Of a stretch of DNA of 64,000 nucleotides, positions 41,540 through 52,064 are shown piece by piece (position 1 is the stretch's first letter; the number at the start of each line of letters is the position of its first letter). Source of the stretch: an uncultured Actinomycetes bacterium (lineage in GTDB: Bacteria; Actinomycetota; Thermoleophilia; UBA2241); NCBI GenBank assembly GCA_963725665.1, contig CAVRZA010000004.1:320001-384000 (forward strand), written 5' to 3'. The notes under the pieces were generated by a model, which did not search any database, had not been told where the DNA came from, and saw only the letters and a list, made by a program, of their open reading frames with translations. The translations under genes and the position numbers were made by a program.

Positions 41540-43539
41540 CTAGGTGGAAGCGAGCGCGCGAACTCCACACTCCTGCAGCCACGCCGCCGTCTCGTCGAGC
41601 TCCCTCATCGGGGGGACGTAGATGACAGCGCACTCACGGCCGCGGGTCAGCAACACGCGGTAGGCGTTCAGGCGCAGTTGGAACGGATCGCGAACGTGCG
41701 CCGACCGTGCGTGCCGCTTCGCCCAAGCGTTCGACCACCTGTTGTCTCGTCGCACAAGGTCCGTGCCCCAGGCGAGCAGCACGCCGTCGAGCTCGAGCCC
41801 CTGAGCGCCGAACTCCGTAACGCAGTCGCGCAGATGGCGGCACGAGTGGTGACTGTCTCGCTTGCCGTCGCCATACCAGGGACCGAGCTGCACGCGTCGT
41901 GTCGAGTGCCAGTCGTTGAACACACCCCAGTCAGGCAGAGCCTTATCCCGTGAGGAGGCGACGAGGCCGAAGCGGGCGTCGGGCACATCCGCGTAGCGGT
42001 CGCGAAGATACGCGCGCGCAGTCCCGAGATCGCGCGTCATGCGCAGGTGGTAGGCCTGCCTCTCCAGTCGGTCGGAGAGCTCTCGACAGTGCACCGAAAT
42101 GCGATTCGCCTCTCTGTCGCTGACCTCGTCGGGCCAGCCGCGGTCGTCAGCCAGCACCCCGTCGACCCACGCATCGAGATCTGAGCAGAGTGGAAGCGCA
42201 GCTCGACCTGGAGGTCGAGCTGCGCGCATGCCTCGAGCGGCACCGCAGGACGTGCCCGTCGTCGTCGGGGCCAGCGAAGACCTCATCGAGCACGCGCTGC
42301 GCGGCGTGCACCGTCCAGCCGTCAGTTTGGTCGGCCTCAGCCAGCGCCCGGCGCCACTGGCTCAGGCCGGCCTCCTCACCGACGTGGATCTCCTGTCCTG
42401 AGCCTATGAGCCCGACAAGCACACACCACTCTGGGATGCGCTGCCGAACTCGATGAAGGCCTCAGGCTCCGACATCGGTGTGGAGAAGGCATGCTTCGCG
42501 GCCACCTGCTCCACGTCCCAGGCGCGCTGCGCCTCGTCGTAGACGATCACGTGCTGCGGCGGCACCGCCGCCCTGTCGCCGAGGTACTGCTTGACGTAGT
42601 TCTGACGTCGCGGACGAAGGGTCTTGCCGCCACCGCCGGCGTCACGCAGCTCGTACTGCAGCACCTCCACCAGCGGGCCCTTCCCAGAAAGGAAGATGGC
42701 GGGCGCCGGCGGCTTGCCGCCGGCGCGATCCACCGCGAGATCGTCGAGCGCCGGGTTGTGGACTGCGCTCAGACCGACGAGCGTCTTGCCTGATCCCGGC
42801 ACGCCCGTGACCAGCACGAGATGCCGTGAGCGCGTGAGCGCAGCCTCGTGGGCGATGCGCGCTATCTCATCGATTGCGGGTTGCGTCGCTGCACGGGCAC
42901 GGTGGATGGGCCGGATCTCGTTGTGCAGGAACAGCTCCCGTGCCGCCTGAACGAGCGTGGGGAGGGGGCAGTAGGCATCGCGAGCGAGAAACTGGTCAGC
43001 GGTGAGCGGACCGTCGGCCCAAGGTCGCTGCAACTGCTGGATGAGTTGGTGCAGCGAGTCGGGGCCGCACACGCGCACGCCGTCGCGCGTCCCGACGAAT
43101 CCGTGCGCGCGCGTCGGTACAACCACGGCGTGTACCTCGCGCTCGGCGCAGTGTTTGTGGTAGCAGCGCAGGTCGCGCGCGTATGCAGCCGCCTGGTCGA
43201 GATCGGCCTGGTCGGGCTCTTCCTTGCCCTTGAGTTCGAGGCATACAACGGCACCGCTGACGAGCAGGACGACGTGGGTCGTCGAGACTCCAGCGGTAGT
43301 TCGTACTCGAGGATCGCGGTGTATGTGTCGGCGAGGTCGTCGAGGACGACGACCTCGCCGACCTCATGCTGCAGCTTGGGAATCGAGTCCTTCCAGGCGA
43401 AGACTTGAGATTCGCTCACGTCGGCGAGGAACTCCTCGAGCGAGATCCGGACGACTTCCGGCTTGGTTTCGGAGAAGGTTGGGAAGTCGCTCTCCCAACC
43501 GCAGCGGGCGCGGACCGAGTCGTTCGGCCTGATCACCAT
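41540..43539 (-). CDS. PD-(D/E)xK-like nuclease + DUF2075 SF1-type helicase/ATPase, multiple frameshifts
   Basis: LEYELPLESRR(P)DVVLL..LELKG..AYARDLR; Walker A GVPGSGKT; DEAQRA; TEFGAQGLELD; NAYRVLLTRGR. Confidence 0.8.
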
Positions 43540-43767
43540 GCCGCTGCGGCTGTCGCTGCCCTGATCACGAAGAAGATACTAGGTGACGATACGGGGCGAT
43601 GCTACCGCGCCTGTGAGCGAGTCGATCAACACGCCATCGGCGACCTTGAGGTTGCCGAAATAGGGTGGCAGGTCGCTGGAGTGTAACTCGTCAATGCATT
43701 GGGCTACACTCTCCCGGTCAACAGCCCCCGCAAGGTGCGCGGGCGCGAAGCAGAGGACCGGTGCAGC

Positions 43768-45804
43768 ATGCCCCTTCACGTCATCCTTCCCGACGGCTCC
43801 CCGCTCGAACTCGTCGACGGCGCCACTGCGCTTGACGCCGCGCTGGCGATCGGGCCGCGACTGGCGAAGGCCGCGGTCGCGGCCCGGATTGCGCGCAACG
43901 GCGTCGAGCGCACGACTGATGATGAAGGCCGCCTCGTCGATCTGAACTCCCCACTCCACGAGGGCGACCAGGTCGCCATCGTCACGCCGGCCAGCCCCGA
44001 AGGCCTCGACGTCATCCGCCACTCGACCAGCCACGCGCTCGCCCAGGCGGTCCTGCGCCTCTGGCCGGGCGCCGAGTACGCCATCGGGCCGACCATCGAG
44101 AACGGCTTCTACTACGACTTCCTCCTGCCGCAGCCGATCTCGGACGCGGACCTGGCGCGCATCGAGGAGGAGATGGCCAAGATTGTCGCCGAGGACGAAG
44201 CGGTCACTCGCTTCGAGGTCCCAGTCGACGAGGCGCTGGCCGTCTTCGGGGCCGGCGCAGCCGGCCGCACGGCCAACGACCTGCCGACCGGGCTCGACCA
44301 GCCGTTCAAGGTCGAGCTCGTCGAAGACCTCGTCTCGGCGGCGCAAGAGGCCGGCGAGGCCGTCCCGACCATCAGCATCTACACCCAGGGAGAATTCGTC
44401 GACCTCTGCCGCGGACCCCACGTGCCCTCGACAGCCAAGATTGGCAAGGGCACCTTCAAGCTGACCTCCCTGGCCGGCGCCTACTGGCGCGGTGACGAGC
44501 GTAACCCGATGCTCACGCGCATCTACGGCACCGCCTGGGCGAGCAAGGAGGAGCTGGCGGCGTATCTCGAGGCACTCGAGATGGCCCGCCAGCGCGATCA
44601 CCGCCGCCTGGGCCGCGACCTCGACCTCTTCAGCTTCCACGAGGAGGGCCCCGGCTTTCCCTTCTTCCACGCCAAGGGCATGCGCCTCTGGAACGCCATC
44701 ATCGACTACTGGCGCGACGAGCACGTCGAAGGCCGGCTACGAGGAGGTGCGCACGCCGCAGATCCTGCGCCGCGAGCTCTGGGAGATGTCGGGCCACTGG
44801 GAGAACTACAAGGAAAACATGTACTTCACCGAGATCGACGGGCAGCCGTTCGCCGTCAAGCCGATGAACTGCCCCGGCGGCCTGCTCATCTACAAGTCGC
44901 GACGGCGCAGCTACCGCGACCTGCCGCTGCGCATGGCGGAGCTCGGTCAGGTGCACCGCCACGAGCTCTCCGGCGTGCTGCACGGGCTCTTCCGCGTGCG
45001 CTACTTCACCCAGGACGACGCCCACATCTACTGCACCCCCGAGCAGCTCGAGGACGAGGTTCGCGGCGTGCTTGCACTTCATGCTGCACATCTACGCCGC
45101 CTTCGGCTTCACCGACACCGACGTGCGCATCGAGCTCTCCACCCGCGGCGAGAAGTCGATCGGCTCCGACGAGATGTGGGAGCGCGCCGAGGGCGCCCTG
45201 CGCCACGTGCTCGAGAGCGAGGGGACCGACTTCCAGCTCGAACCCCGGCGACGCCGCCTTCTACGGGCCCAAGATCGACTTCCACATCCGCGATGTGATG
45301 GGACGGAGCTGGCAGTGCGGCACCATCCAGGTCGACTTCGCCATGCCCGAGCGCCTCGACATCACCTACACCGGCGCCGACAACGAGGAGCACCGGCCGG
45401 TGATGATCCACCGCGCCATGCTGGGCGCGATCGAGCGCTTCATGGGCATCCTGCTGGAGCACTACGGCGGCAACCTGCCGACCTGGCTGGCGCCGGTGCA
45501 GGCGCTGGTGCTGCCGGTGGCCGACCGCCACGCCGGCTACGCCGTCGGCGTCATGGAGGCGCTCAGGGTGGCCGGCCTGCGCGCCGAGGTCGACGATCGC
45601 TCCGAGAGCGTGGGGAAGAGGATCCGCGACGGCCAGCTCCAGAAGGTGCCCTACCTGCTCGTAGTCGGCGATCGGGAGGAGGGCGCGCGCGCCGTCAGCG
45701 TGCGCGCGCGGGGGGAGGAGAAGGGCAGCGTGCCGATCGAGGAGTTCGTGCGCGAACTGCGTGAAGAGGTCGCGGAGCGGCGGCTGCCGGCGGCGGCGGG
45801 GTAG
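43768..45804 (+). CDS. thrS: Threonine--tRNA ligase, three apparent single-base insertions (about 44730, 45070, 45240)
   Basis: TGS domain, [52 protein letters not shown]. Confidence 0.96.
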   Translation: MPLHVILPDGSPLELVDGATALDAALAIGPRLAKAAVAARIARNGVERTTDDEGRLVDLNSPLHEGDQVAIVTPASPEGLDVIRHSTSHALAQAVLRLWPGAEYAIGPTIENGFYYDFLLPQPISDADLARIEEEMAKIVAEDEAVTRFEVPVDEALAVFGAGAAGRTANDLPTGLDQPFKVELVEDLVSAAQEAGEAVPTISIYTQGEFVDLCRGPHVPSTAKIGKGTFKLTSLAGAYWRGDERNPMLTRIYGTAWASKEELAAYLEALEMARQRDHRRLGRDLDLFSFHEEGPGFPFFHAKGMRLWNAIIDYWRDEHVEGRLRGGAHAADPAPRALGDVGPLGELQGKHVLHRDRRAAVRRQADELPRRPAHLQVATAQLPRPAAAHGGARSGAPPRALRRAARALPRALLHPGRRPHLLHPRAARGRGSRRACTSCCTSTPPSASPTPTCASSSPPAARSRSAPTRCGSAPRAPCATCSRARGPTSSSNPGDAAFYGPKIDFHIRDVMGRSWQCGTIQVDFAMPERLDITYTGADNEEHRPVMIHRAMLGAIERFMGILLEHYGGNLPTWLAPVQALVLPVADRHAGYAVGVMEALRVAGLRAEVDDRSESVGKRIRDGQLQKVPYLLVVGDREEGARAVSVRARGEEKGSVPIEEFVRELREEVAERRLPAAAG

Positions 45805-45842
45805 CGGGACTGCCGACCACGGCGACTCGCGAGGGAGGTCTA

Positions 45843-46064
45843 GTGGGCAAGGACGAGGACTATCCGCCAGCCGGCGTCAAGTGTCTTCGCTGCGGAGCGG
45901 ATCTGTACGAGCTCGGCCCGGCAGAGTTCCGGGTCGGCGGGACGAGCGGCGGCTGGAAGCTCTTCTTCGGGGAGTGGGCCGAGCTGGGCGAGGACATGAT
46001 CAGCTTCGAGCTGCTCGGCTGCAAAGAGTGCCGTCACGTCGAGTTGCGGCTGCCGCCCGAGTAG
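45843..46064 (+). CDS. Small zinc-ribbon protein
   Basis: CLRCG...CKECRHVEL; RBS GGGAGG. Confidence 0.7.
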   Translation: MGKDEDYPPAGVKCLRCGADLYELGPAEFRVGGTSGGWKLFFGEWAELGEDMISFELLGCKECRHVELRLPPE

Positions 46065-46093
46065 CTGTAGACGGGCTTCTGTATCGGAGGTTC

Positions 46094-46637
46094 ATGGCGG
46101 CGACCGTGTATCGCGTGTATCCGTGGAGCAGCGTGGCGCTGTACAACGGCGCCACGCTGCTCCACTTCGGCCTCGGCACGGCGGGCCTGATCATCGCCTA
46201 CGACCGCTGGCCCGCGCTCGCCCTGGCCGTCGGCGGTGCGTACCTCGTCTTCGCGCTCGCGCAGATGTACCTGATGATGCCGCTCGTCGTCTGCCCGTCG
46301 TGCGTGTACCGCACGATGAGCGGCGCGCGCTGCGTCTCGGCGATGAACATCCTCTCGGCGCGCATCGCGGCGACGAGGCCGCTCGAGGAGTTCCCCCGCC
46401 GGGGCAGCGGCATCCTCTGCCACAACAACCTGTATCTCGGCTCGTTGATCGCCCCCATCCCGCTCATGGTGCCCGGGCTCGTCGTCAACTTCGCGCTCGT
46501 CGGTCTGGCGTTGCTCCTCACCGTAACCGCGTTCCTGCTCGCCTTCCGCTTCTTCGTCGTCTTCAAGCGCACCGCGTGCCCGCACTGCGCGGCCAAGGGG
46601 CGCTGCCCCAACGCGCAGGGCGATGGGGATCGGGTAG
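46094..46637 (+). CDS. Cys-rich four-helix membrane protein, 3' end needs one indel
   Basis: VCPSCVY..RC and ACPHCAAKGRCP; RBS GGAGG. Confidence 0.6.
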
Positions 46638-46725
46638 GGTCGCACCGCTGGCGGCGAGGCCTGCCGCTGCCGCCGCCGGCTCGGGTGCGTACGTGCGGGC
46701 CCAAACGTCGTAAGCTCCCGGCCCG

Positions 46726-46760
46726 TTGTCATCTTGACCACTTCTGGTCATACTGTGACC
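46726..46760 (+). promoter_or_regulatory. Leaderless TA promoter with operator palindrome
   Basis: TTGTCA-N17-CATACT, 6 nt before ATG 46761; TGACCA-cttc-TGGTCA overlaps it. Confidence 0.65.
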
Positions 46761-47031
46761 ATGGATCGCGTGACCGTCGCCGAGCTCAAGGCCAGACTGA
46801 GCCACTACCTACGCGAGGTACGTGCCGGCAAGTCGTTCACGGTCTCAGCCGCGACATCCCGTCGCCAGGCTGGGGCCCTACGACCCCGATGAGATCGACG
46901 ACCTCGTCGTCATCGAGCCGACCGAAGACCCGGCCACCTGGGGTCAGATCGACCTGCCGCCGCTGGGGCGCGAGATCGATGTCGTGGCTTTGATCCGCGA
47001 GGATCGCGACGACTCGCGACGCCGGCTCTGA
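46761..47031 (+). CDS. Phd/YefM-type antitoxin, frameshifted
   Basis: MDRVTVAELKARLSHYLREVRAG..RDIPVARLGP. Confidence 0.75.
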
Positions 47032-47091
47032 CGCCATCATGCGCGGGTCGCGGAGACCGGCCATGGCCGTCACGAAGGCCGCGGGCGACGA

Positions 47092-47508
47092 ATGATCGCC
47101 TACGTCGATTCGTCTGTTCTACTTCGCTTCATTCTCGATCAGCCGGACAGGCTCGTCGAGCTCACACTCTTTGACGAACGTTTCACGTCGGCGGTCACCG
47201 AGGTGGAGTGTCTCCGCGCGGTCGACGCTTCACGGGTGAGTGGCCTACTCACGGACGAGGAGTTGGTCAGCCGGCGTTCGCTCGTGTTCGCTCAGTTGCG
47301 CCGCATGCGTCGCCTCGGGGTCTCGCGCTCTGTCCTGACGCGGGCTGGTGAGTCCTTGACATGCTGGTGCAACACACCTCGACGCCATCCATCTCGCGAC
47401 GGCCTTGCAGTGGCGTGAACGCCGCGCTCCCGACCTTGTGTTCGCGACCCACGATCGCCGGCTCGGTCGCGCCGCCCGGCGCTGGGGTTTCCGGTCGTCG
47501 GCGTGTAA
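47092..47508 (+). CDS. PIN-domain VapC toxin, frameshifted
   Basis: AYVDSS, TEVE, LDAIHLATA, THDRRL. Confidence 0.78.
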
Positions 47509-47672
47509 GGACGCTGCAGGCAGGAGGCCGCCCTCGCTGGGCCGGTGCGTGACCGGGCTCAGCCGCGGCTCACCGCGCGGTACTTCGGCGATTCCATCTA
47601 AAGTCGGTGGTATTAGTTCACCGCTGCCGAGGTTACGTTCGCTCCCCACCTGGGCAGAACGACGTATGAATG

Positions 47673-47695
47673 AGTTTCTTATCTATTAGGAAACT
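47673..47695. promoter_or_regulatory. AT-rich palindrome, MarR operator candidate
   Basis: AGTTTCTTA-TCTAT-TAGGAAACT (8/9 inverted match). Confidence 0.55.
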
Positions 47696-47711
47696 TGTCA
47701 TCGAGGCGAAG

Positions 47712-48233
47712 GTGTCGTCATCGAGAGGGGAGCAAGGCCGCACCACCCGTCTGCCCCGACAGCCGAGGAGTTGAGCGAGGCTACGCGCAGGCTAGACGTC
47801 GCCCTGGTGAAGCTCAACGCGGCCCTCGCCGCCGGCTGCACCTGAGCCAGCCCGAGCTGATGGCGATCACGCACGTCAGCTCCGAAGGGGTCCTCGGACC
47901 GAGCGAGCTCGCGCACCGCATCGACGTCACCACGGGCGCGGTCACGGCGCTCGTCGACAGGCTGGCCGAGCGGGGTCACCTCGAACGCCAGCCGCATCCC
48001 GCCGATCGACGCAAGCTGCTGCTCACGGTGACCCCGCACGCACTCGACGAGGTGCTGCGTCACGTGTTGCCGCTTGCCGACGACGTCCGCGCTCTCGCGA
48101 AGACGTTCAACGACGAGGAGCGAACGCCGCGCATCGGCCGTTTCCTCGAGGAGCTCATAGTCGATCATCGAACGACACGCCGAAGAGGAACCCGCGGGCG
48201 GGAGAGCGACCTCGACGACCGAGCCTCCACTGA
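47712..48233 (+). CDS. MarR family regulator, frameshifted, ends approximate
   Basis: GPSELAHRIDVTTGAVTALVDRLAERGHLERQPHPADRR. Confidence 0.75.
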
Positions 48234-48262
48234 CGACCAGGGAGGATCAAGGAGGGATATCA

Positions 48263-49066
48263 ATGTCAGATACGACCACCACGTTCGGTCGTGACGTCGC
48301 ATCCACGGTGCACTCCGACGTCGACCGGCGCCTCGACCGGCTGCGCTGGTGGAACGTCATCGTCGGGCTGGTCCTCGCCGTGCAGGCGGCGATGATCGCC
48401 GTGCTGACCAGCAACTTCTCGCTGCCTGTGACGGCGACGTTCATGGACGGCCCGCCCGGCACGGCGGCCAAGCTGCATCACCTGTTCGATATCGCCACCG
48501 GCTGGGGCGTGTTCGCGTTCCTCGCCATCTCGGCGGGAGCCCTTCTGATCATCGCCTCGCCACTGGCCTTCGGCTGGTACAAGCGCAACCTGTTGAAGAG
48601 CCGCAACTACGGGCGCTGGATCGAGTACTTCTTCAGCTCCTCGCTCATGATCGTGCTCATCTCGCAGCTCGTCGGCATCAGCGACATCGCCGCGCTGCTG
48701 GCCATCTTCGGCATCAACGCCAGCATGATCCTCTTCGGGCTGCTGATGGAGAAGTACGAGACCCCGGGCAAGGCGAACTGGCTGGCCTATTGGTTCGGCT
48801 GCTTTGCCGGTATCATCCCGTGGCTGGCCGTCGTCATCTACACGTGGGCACCGGGCATCAACGCCAACCCGCCGGCGTTCGTCTACGGGATAATCGTCTC
48901 GCTGTTCATCTTCTTCAACTGCTTCGCCGTGAACATGGTGTTGCAGTACAAGCAGGTCGGACCGTGGCGCGACTACCTGTTCGGGGAGAAGGTGTACATC
49001 CTGCTCAGCTTGACCGCGAAGGCGCTGCTGGCGTGGCAGGTGTTCTTCCCGGTGCTCATGAAGTAG
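48263..49066 (+). CDS. heR: Heliorhodopsin
   Basis: 7 TM; RNYGRWIEYFFSSSLM; GEKVYILLSLTAKALLAW (SxxxK retinal lysine). Confidence 0.93.
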   Translation: MSDTTTTFGRDVASTVHSDVDRRLDRLRWWNVIVGLVLAVQAAMIAVLTSNFSLPVTATFMDGPPGTAAKLHHLFDIATGWGVFAFLAISAGALLIIASPLAFGWYKRNLLKSRNYGRWIEYFFSSSLMIVLISQLVGISDIAALLAIFGINASMILFGLLMEKYETPGKANWLAYWFGCFAGIIPWLAVVIYTWAPGINANPPAFVYGIIVSLFIFFNCFAVNMVLQYKQVGPWRDYLFGEKVYILLSLTAKALLAWQVFFPVLMK

Positions 49067-49087
49067 TCGGCAAACGATGAGGTGACG

Positions 49088-49579
49088 ATGCCCGCTCCGA
49101 CGAGCGCTGGCCTGCTCATGTACCGCCGCCGTGGCGGGCGTCTCGAGGTGCTCCTGGTCCACCCGGGCGGACCGTACTTCGCCAAGAAGGACCGTGGCGC
49201 GTGGAGCATCCCCAAGGGCCTCGTCGACAGCGGCGAGGACCTCCTTGCGGCGGCGCGGCGAGAGTTCACCGAGGAGACGGGCTTCGTGGCGCAGGGTCCG
49301 TTCACGCCGCTCGGCGGAGTCAAGCGGCGCACCCACAAGATCGTCTATGCCTGGGCCTTCGAGGGTGATTGCGACCCCGAGGACCTGGCGAGCAACACCT
49401 TCGAGATGGAGTGGCCGCCCCGAACGGGGCGGCCACTCCAGGTCCCCGAGGTCGACCGGGCGGCGTTCTTCGACCTGGAGAAGGCGCGCGAGGCCATCGT
49501 CGGTTACCAGCGTCGCTTCATCGATGAGCTCGAGGGCATCGTGGTAGAGCGAGGAGCCGGTGTCGAGCCCGGTCGATGA
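49088..49579 (+). CDS. NUDIX hydrolase
   Basis: SAGLLMYR, HPGGP, WSIPKG..AARREFTEETG, PEVDR. Confidence 0.9.
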   Translation: MPAPTSAGLLMYRRRGGRLEVLLVHPGGPYFAKKDRGAWSIPKGLVDSGEDLLAAARREFTEETGFVAQGPFTPLGGVKRRTHKIVYAWAFEGDCDPEDLASNTFEMEWPPRTGRPLQVPEVDRAAFFDLEKAREAIVGYQRRFIDELEGIVVERGAGVEPGR

Positions 49580-49708
49580 GGATCCGGGGCTCGTTTCGTC
49601 CAAGGTCACGAGAGGGTCAAGGCCTCCTATGGTGGTCGGAGGCGGCCTGTTCCTAGAGAATGCATCCTCGAATCGTCAGAAGGACCCGATTCCGAGCCAG
49701 GAGGAGCC

Positions 49709-50905
49709 ATGGTGAAACGGATGATAGGCGGCCCTGGGAGAGGCCGCTTCTTGCTGCTGGTGGTGGTGACACTGGCGCTGCTCACTCTGTTTGCGATAGG
49801 CGCTCAGTCGGCGCTGGCCTACATGGGCTGGGTCCACTCGGCGGCAAACACCTGCGCCTCTTGCCACCCCGGCGGCAACACCGGCGTGCCGGGAACCAAC
49901 GCGGCCTGTCAGGGTTGTCACCCGGGCCCGTCGGTGCGCACCGGCTACGACTGTTGGTCGTGCCACAAGCCCGGCGCTGCCGTGGTGGCCAGCCCCTGCA
50001 ACGGCTGCCACCTCTACGCGGGCGATAACCCGCCGACCTACACCACCGCGCACTCGCACCCGGCGCACGTGGGCTCCAACCTCAAGGTGTGCACCACGTG
50101 CCACAATCTCACGGTCGACAACCCTCACCACTCGACAGCAGCTGTGGCGGCGCCGACGTGCACCACCTGTCACGCGGCCACGCCGGTGGACGGCGCGCCC
50201 GTCCCGCACGGGACCTACGTCGTGGGTGTGGTCTGCTCGACCTGCCACAAGGGCGTCGACCCGAACCATCCGCTGAGCGCGGCCGTCAAGACGCCGACGC
50301 TCACCTTCACGGCGACGCAGCCCCTTGGTAACCCCGACGTGACGCTGAAGGGCACCCTGAAGAACGGCACGACGGCCCTTGCCGGCGCTCTCGTCTACCT
50401 GCAGTCGACGCCCGACGGGACGACCTTCACCGACGTTACCTCGGTGACGACGACCGCCACGGGCGCCTTCACCCACACGGTGGTGGCGGCCACCGCCGGT
50501 CTGCAGTATCGCGCCGTCGCGCAGGGCGTGGCCGGTCCGCCGGTGGTGTTGCCGGTCAAGAAGCTGATGCCGGTCACGATCCCGGTGGTCAAGGAGACCA
50601 TCACGCTCAAGCTGAACGGCAGGACGACGATCTTCACGATTCTGCTAGGCAGAAGCGTGACCGCGAAGGGTGTCATCGCGCCGAAGCTCACCCTCTCTCA
50701 GGTCGTGAAGCTGACGGTGCAGAAGCGGCGCGCCAACGGCACCTGGGCGCCGGTCAAGACGCTCAGCACCGTCAAGGTGACCAGTGCCTACAGCAAGATC
50801 TACAAACCGGGTAGCCGCGGCACGTTCCGGATGCGCGCCGTTCTCGCCAAGACGGCGACACACACGGCGGCGACCAGTGTCTGGCGTACGTTCAAGGTGA
50901 AGTAG
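49709..50905 (+). CDS. Secreted multiheme c-type cytochrome (7 CxxCH) with C-terminal beta-rich domains
   Basis: Signal peptide; CASCH, CQGCH, CWSCH, CNGCH, CTTCH x2, CSTCH. Confidence 0.88.
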   Translation: MVKRMIGGPGRGRFLLLVVVTLALLTLFAIGAQSALAYMGWVHSAANTCASCHPGGNTGVPGTNAACQGCHPGPSVRTGYDCWSCHKPGAAVVASPCNGCHLYAGDNPPTYTTAHSHPAHVGSNLKVCTTCHNLTVDNPHHSTAAVAAPTCTTCHAATPVDGAPVPHGTYVVGVVCSTCHKGVDPNHPLSAAVKTPTLTFTATQPLGNPDVTLKGTLKNGTTALAGALVYLQSTPDGTTFTDVTSVTTTATGAFTHTVVAATAGLQYRAVAQGVAGPPVVLPVKKLMPVTIPVVKETITLKLNGRTTIFTILLGRSVTAKGVIAPKLTLSQVVKLTVQKRRANGTWAPVKTLSTVKVTSAYSKIYKPGSRGTFRMRAVLAKTATHTAATSVWRTFKVK

Positions 50906-50959
50906 ACCCAGCGATTGACTGTGCCGGGCGCGTGTAGCAGCAGACCCGGCAGCAGGCAA

Positions 50960-50997
50960 GCCAGGGGCGGCGGTTGGCAAGAGCCGCCGCCCCTGGC
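50960..50997 (+). terminator. GC-rich hairpin after the cytochrome gene
   Basis: GCCAGGGGCGGCGG / CCGCCGCCCCTGGC. Confidence 0.55.
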
Positions 50998-51078
50998 CGC
51001 TTCTGGGCAGTCGCGCGCGAGTGGAGAGCCGATCGAGTCCGTGCCTGCGCACGTGCCTTTGGCAACGACGCCAGCCTG

Positions 51079-51107
51079 TCGACTCCCCTTGCGGCGTCGT
51101 GTATACT
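51079..51107 (+). promoter_or_regulatory. Sigma70-type promoter of the infC operon
   Basis: TCGACT-N17-TATACT. Confidence 0.6.
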
Positions 51108-51120
51108 CCCACCTCGCATA

Positions 51121-51220
51121 TGAGCAGAAGCCGCAGCTTCTCACCCTGCGCCCGTAGGCCGGCCGACAGGGTCACGAACGGAAGGAGAACCGAGGGTTCG
51201 CTTTAGCGTTCCCTTTTTGT
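51121..51220 (+). ncRNA. L20 ribosomal protein leader-like RNA
   Basis: AGCAGAAGC..GCTTCTCACCCTG..CAGGGT, then hairpin and T-run, upstream of infC-rpmI-rplT. Confidence 0.65.
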
Positions 51221-51778
51221 ATGGGAAAGCCATTCACGCCACGAGATAGGGACAGGAGGGACCGGGGGCCCGACACCCGGATCCGCATCAACGACGGCAT
51301 CACGACCGACCAGGTGAGACTGGTCGACGAGAAGGGCCAGCAGCTCGGCATCAAGCCGCTGCGCGTGGCCCTCGATTATGCCGCCGAGCAGAACCTAGAC
51401 CTCGTCGAGGTCGCCCCTCAAGCCAATCCACCGGTCTGCCGCGTCATGAACTTCAGCAAGTACCGCTACGAGCTGGAGCTCAAGGCGAAGCAGGCGCGCA
51501 AGCACCAGAGCGCTGTGGTCGTCAAGGAGATCAAGTTCCGGCCCAAGATCGACGCCCACGACTACGGGACCAAGAGGGGTCACGTGGTGCGCTTCCTGGA
51601 ACACAAGGACAAAGTGAAGGTGACGATCATGTTCCGCGGCCGGGAGCTCGTGCACCCGGAGCGCGGGGAGCAGCTCCTCATGCGACTGGCGGAGGACGTC
51701 AAAGAGCTCGCGACCATCGAGTCGATGCCCAACCTCGACGGCCGCAACATGGTGATGATGCTGGCACCGGTCAAGTAG
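51221..51778 (+). CDS. infC: Translation initiation factor IF-3
   Basis: RINDGI..VRLVD, LDLVEVAP..PPVCR, KEIKFRPKID, IMFRGRE. Confidence 0.97.
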   Translation: MGKPFTPRDRDRRDRGPDTRIRINDGITTDQVRLVDEKGQQLGIKPLRVALDYAAEQNLDLVEVAPQANPPVCRVMNFSKYRYELELKAKQARKHQSAVVVKEIKFRPKIDAHDYGTKRGHVVRFLEHKDKVKVTIMFRGRELVHPERGEQLLMRLAEDVKELATIESMPNLDGRNMVMMLAPVK

Positions 51779-51796
51779 CTCGAGGAGAGGGTGCGT

Positions 51797-51994
51797 ATGC
51801 CGAAGATGAAGACTCACAGCGCGGCGAAGAAGCGCTTCAGCCTGACCGGCAGCGGCAAGCTGCGGCGCAACCGCGCCTTCAGGAGCCACCTGCTCGAGCA
51901 CAAGAGTCCTAAGCGCAAGCGCCATCTGCGCAAGGGCACCGGCGTGAGCGACAGCGACGCTCGCGGGGTGCTGCGCCTGCTCGGGCGCCGCTAG
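51797..51994 (+). CDS. rpmI: 50S ribosomal protein L35
   Basis: MPKMKTHSAAKKRF. Confidence 0.97.
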   Translation: MPKMKTHSAAKKRFSLTGSGKLRRNRAFRSHLLEHKSPKRKRHLRKGTGVSDSDARGVLRLLGRR

Positions 51995-52064
51995 AACATG
52001 ATGTAGCGCGGGTCGTGCCGCCGAGAGCCGGCGAAGACCCGCGGACGGTTTCAAGGAGAACACG

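Noticed and set aside
43540-43767. Possible T-box leader before thrS
   Set aside because: No recognisable T-box consensus or terminator/antiterminator
43768-45804. thrS split over several frames, suggesting pseudogene or recoding
   Set aside because: Essential gene with three single-base insertions and intact motifs; the same pattern affects many neighbours, so sequencing indels are the simplest explanation
37794-48233. Apparent mass pseudogenisation (DUF2807, DHFR-like, DUF2075, Phd, VapC, MarR)
   Set aside because: Indels without accumulated stops or motif decay, clustered around the broken thrS; likely low-accuracy assembly region
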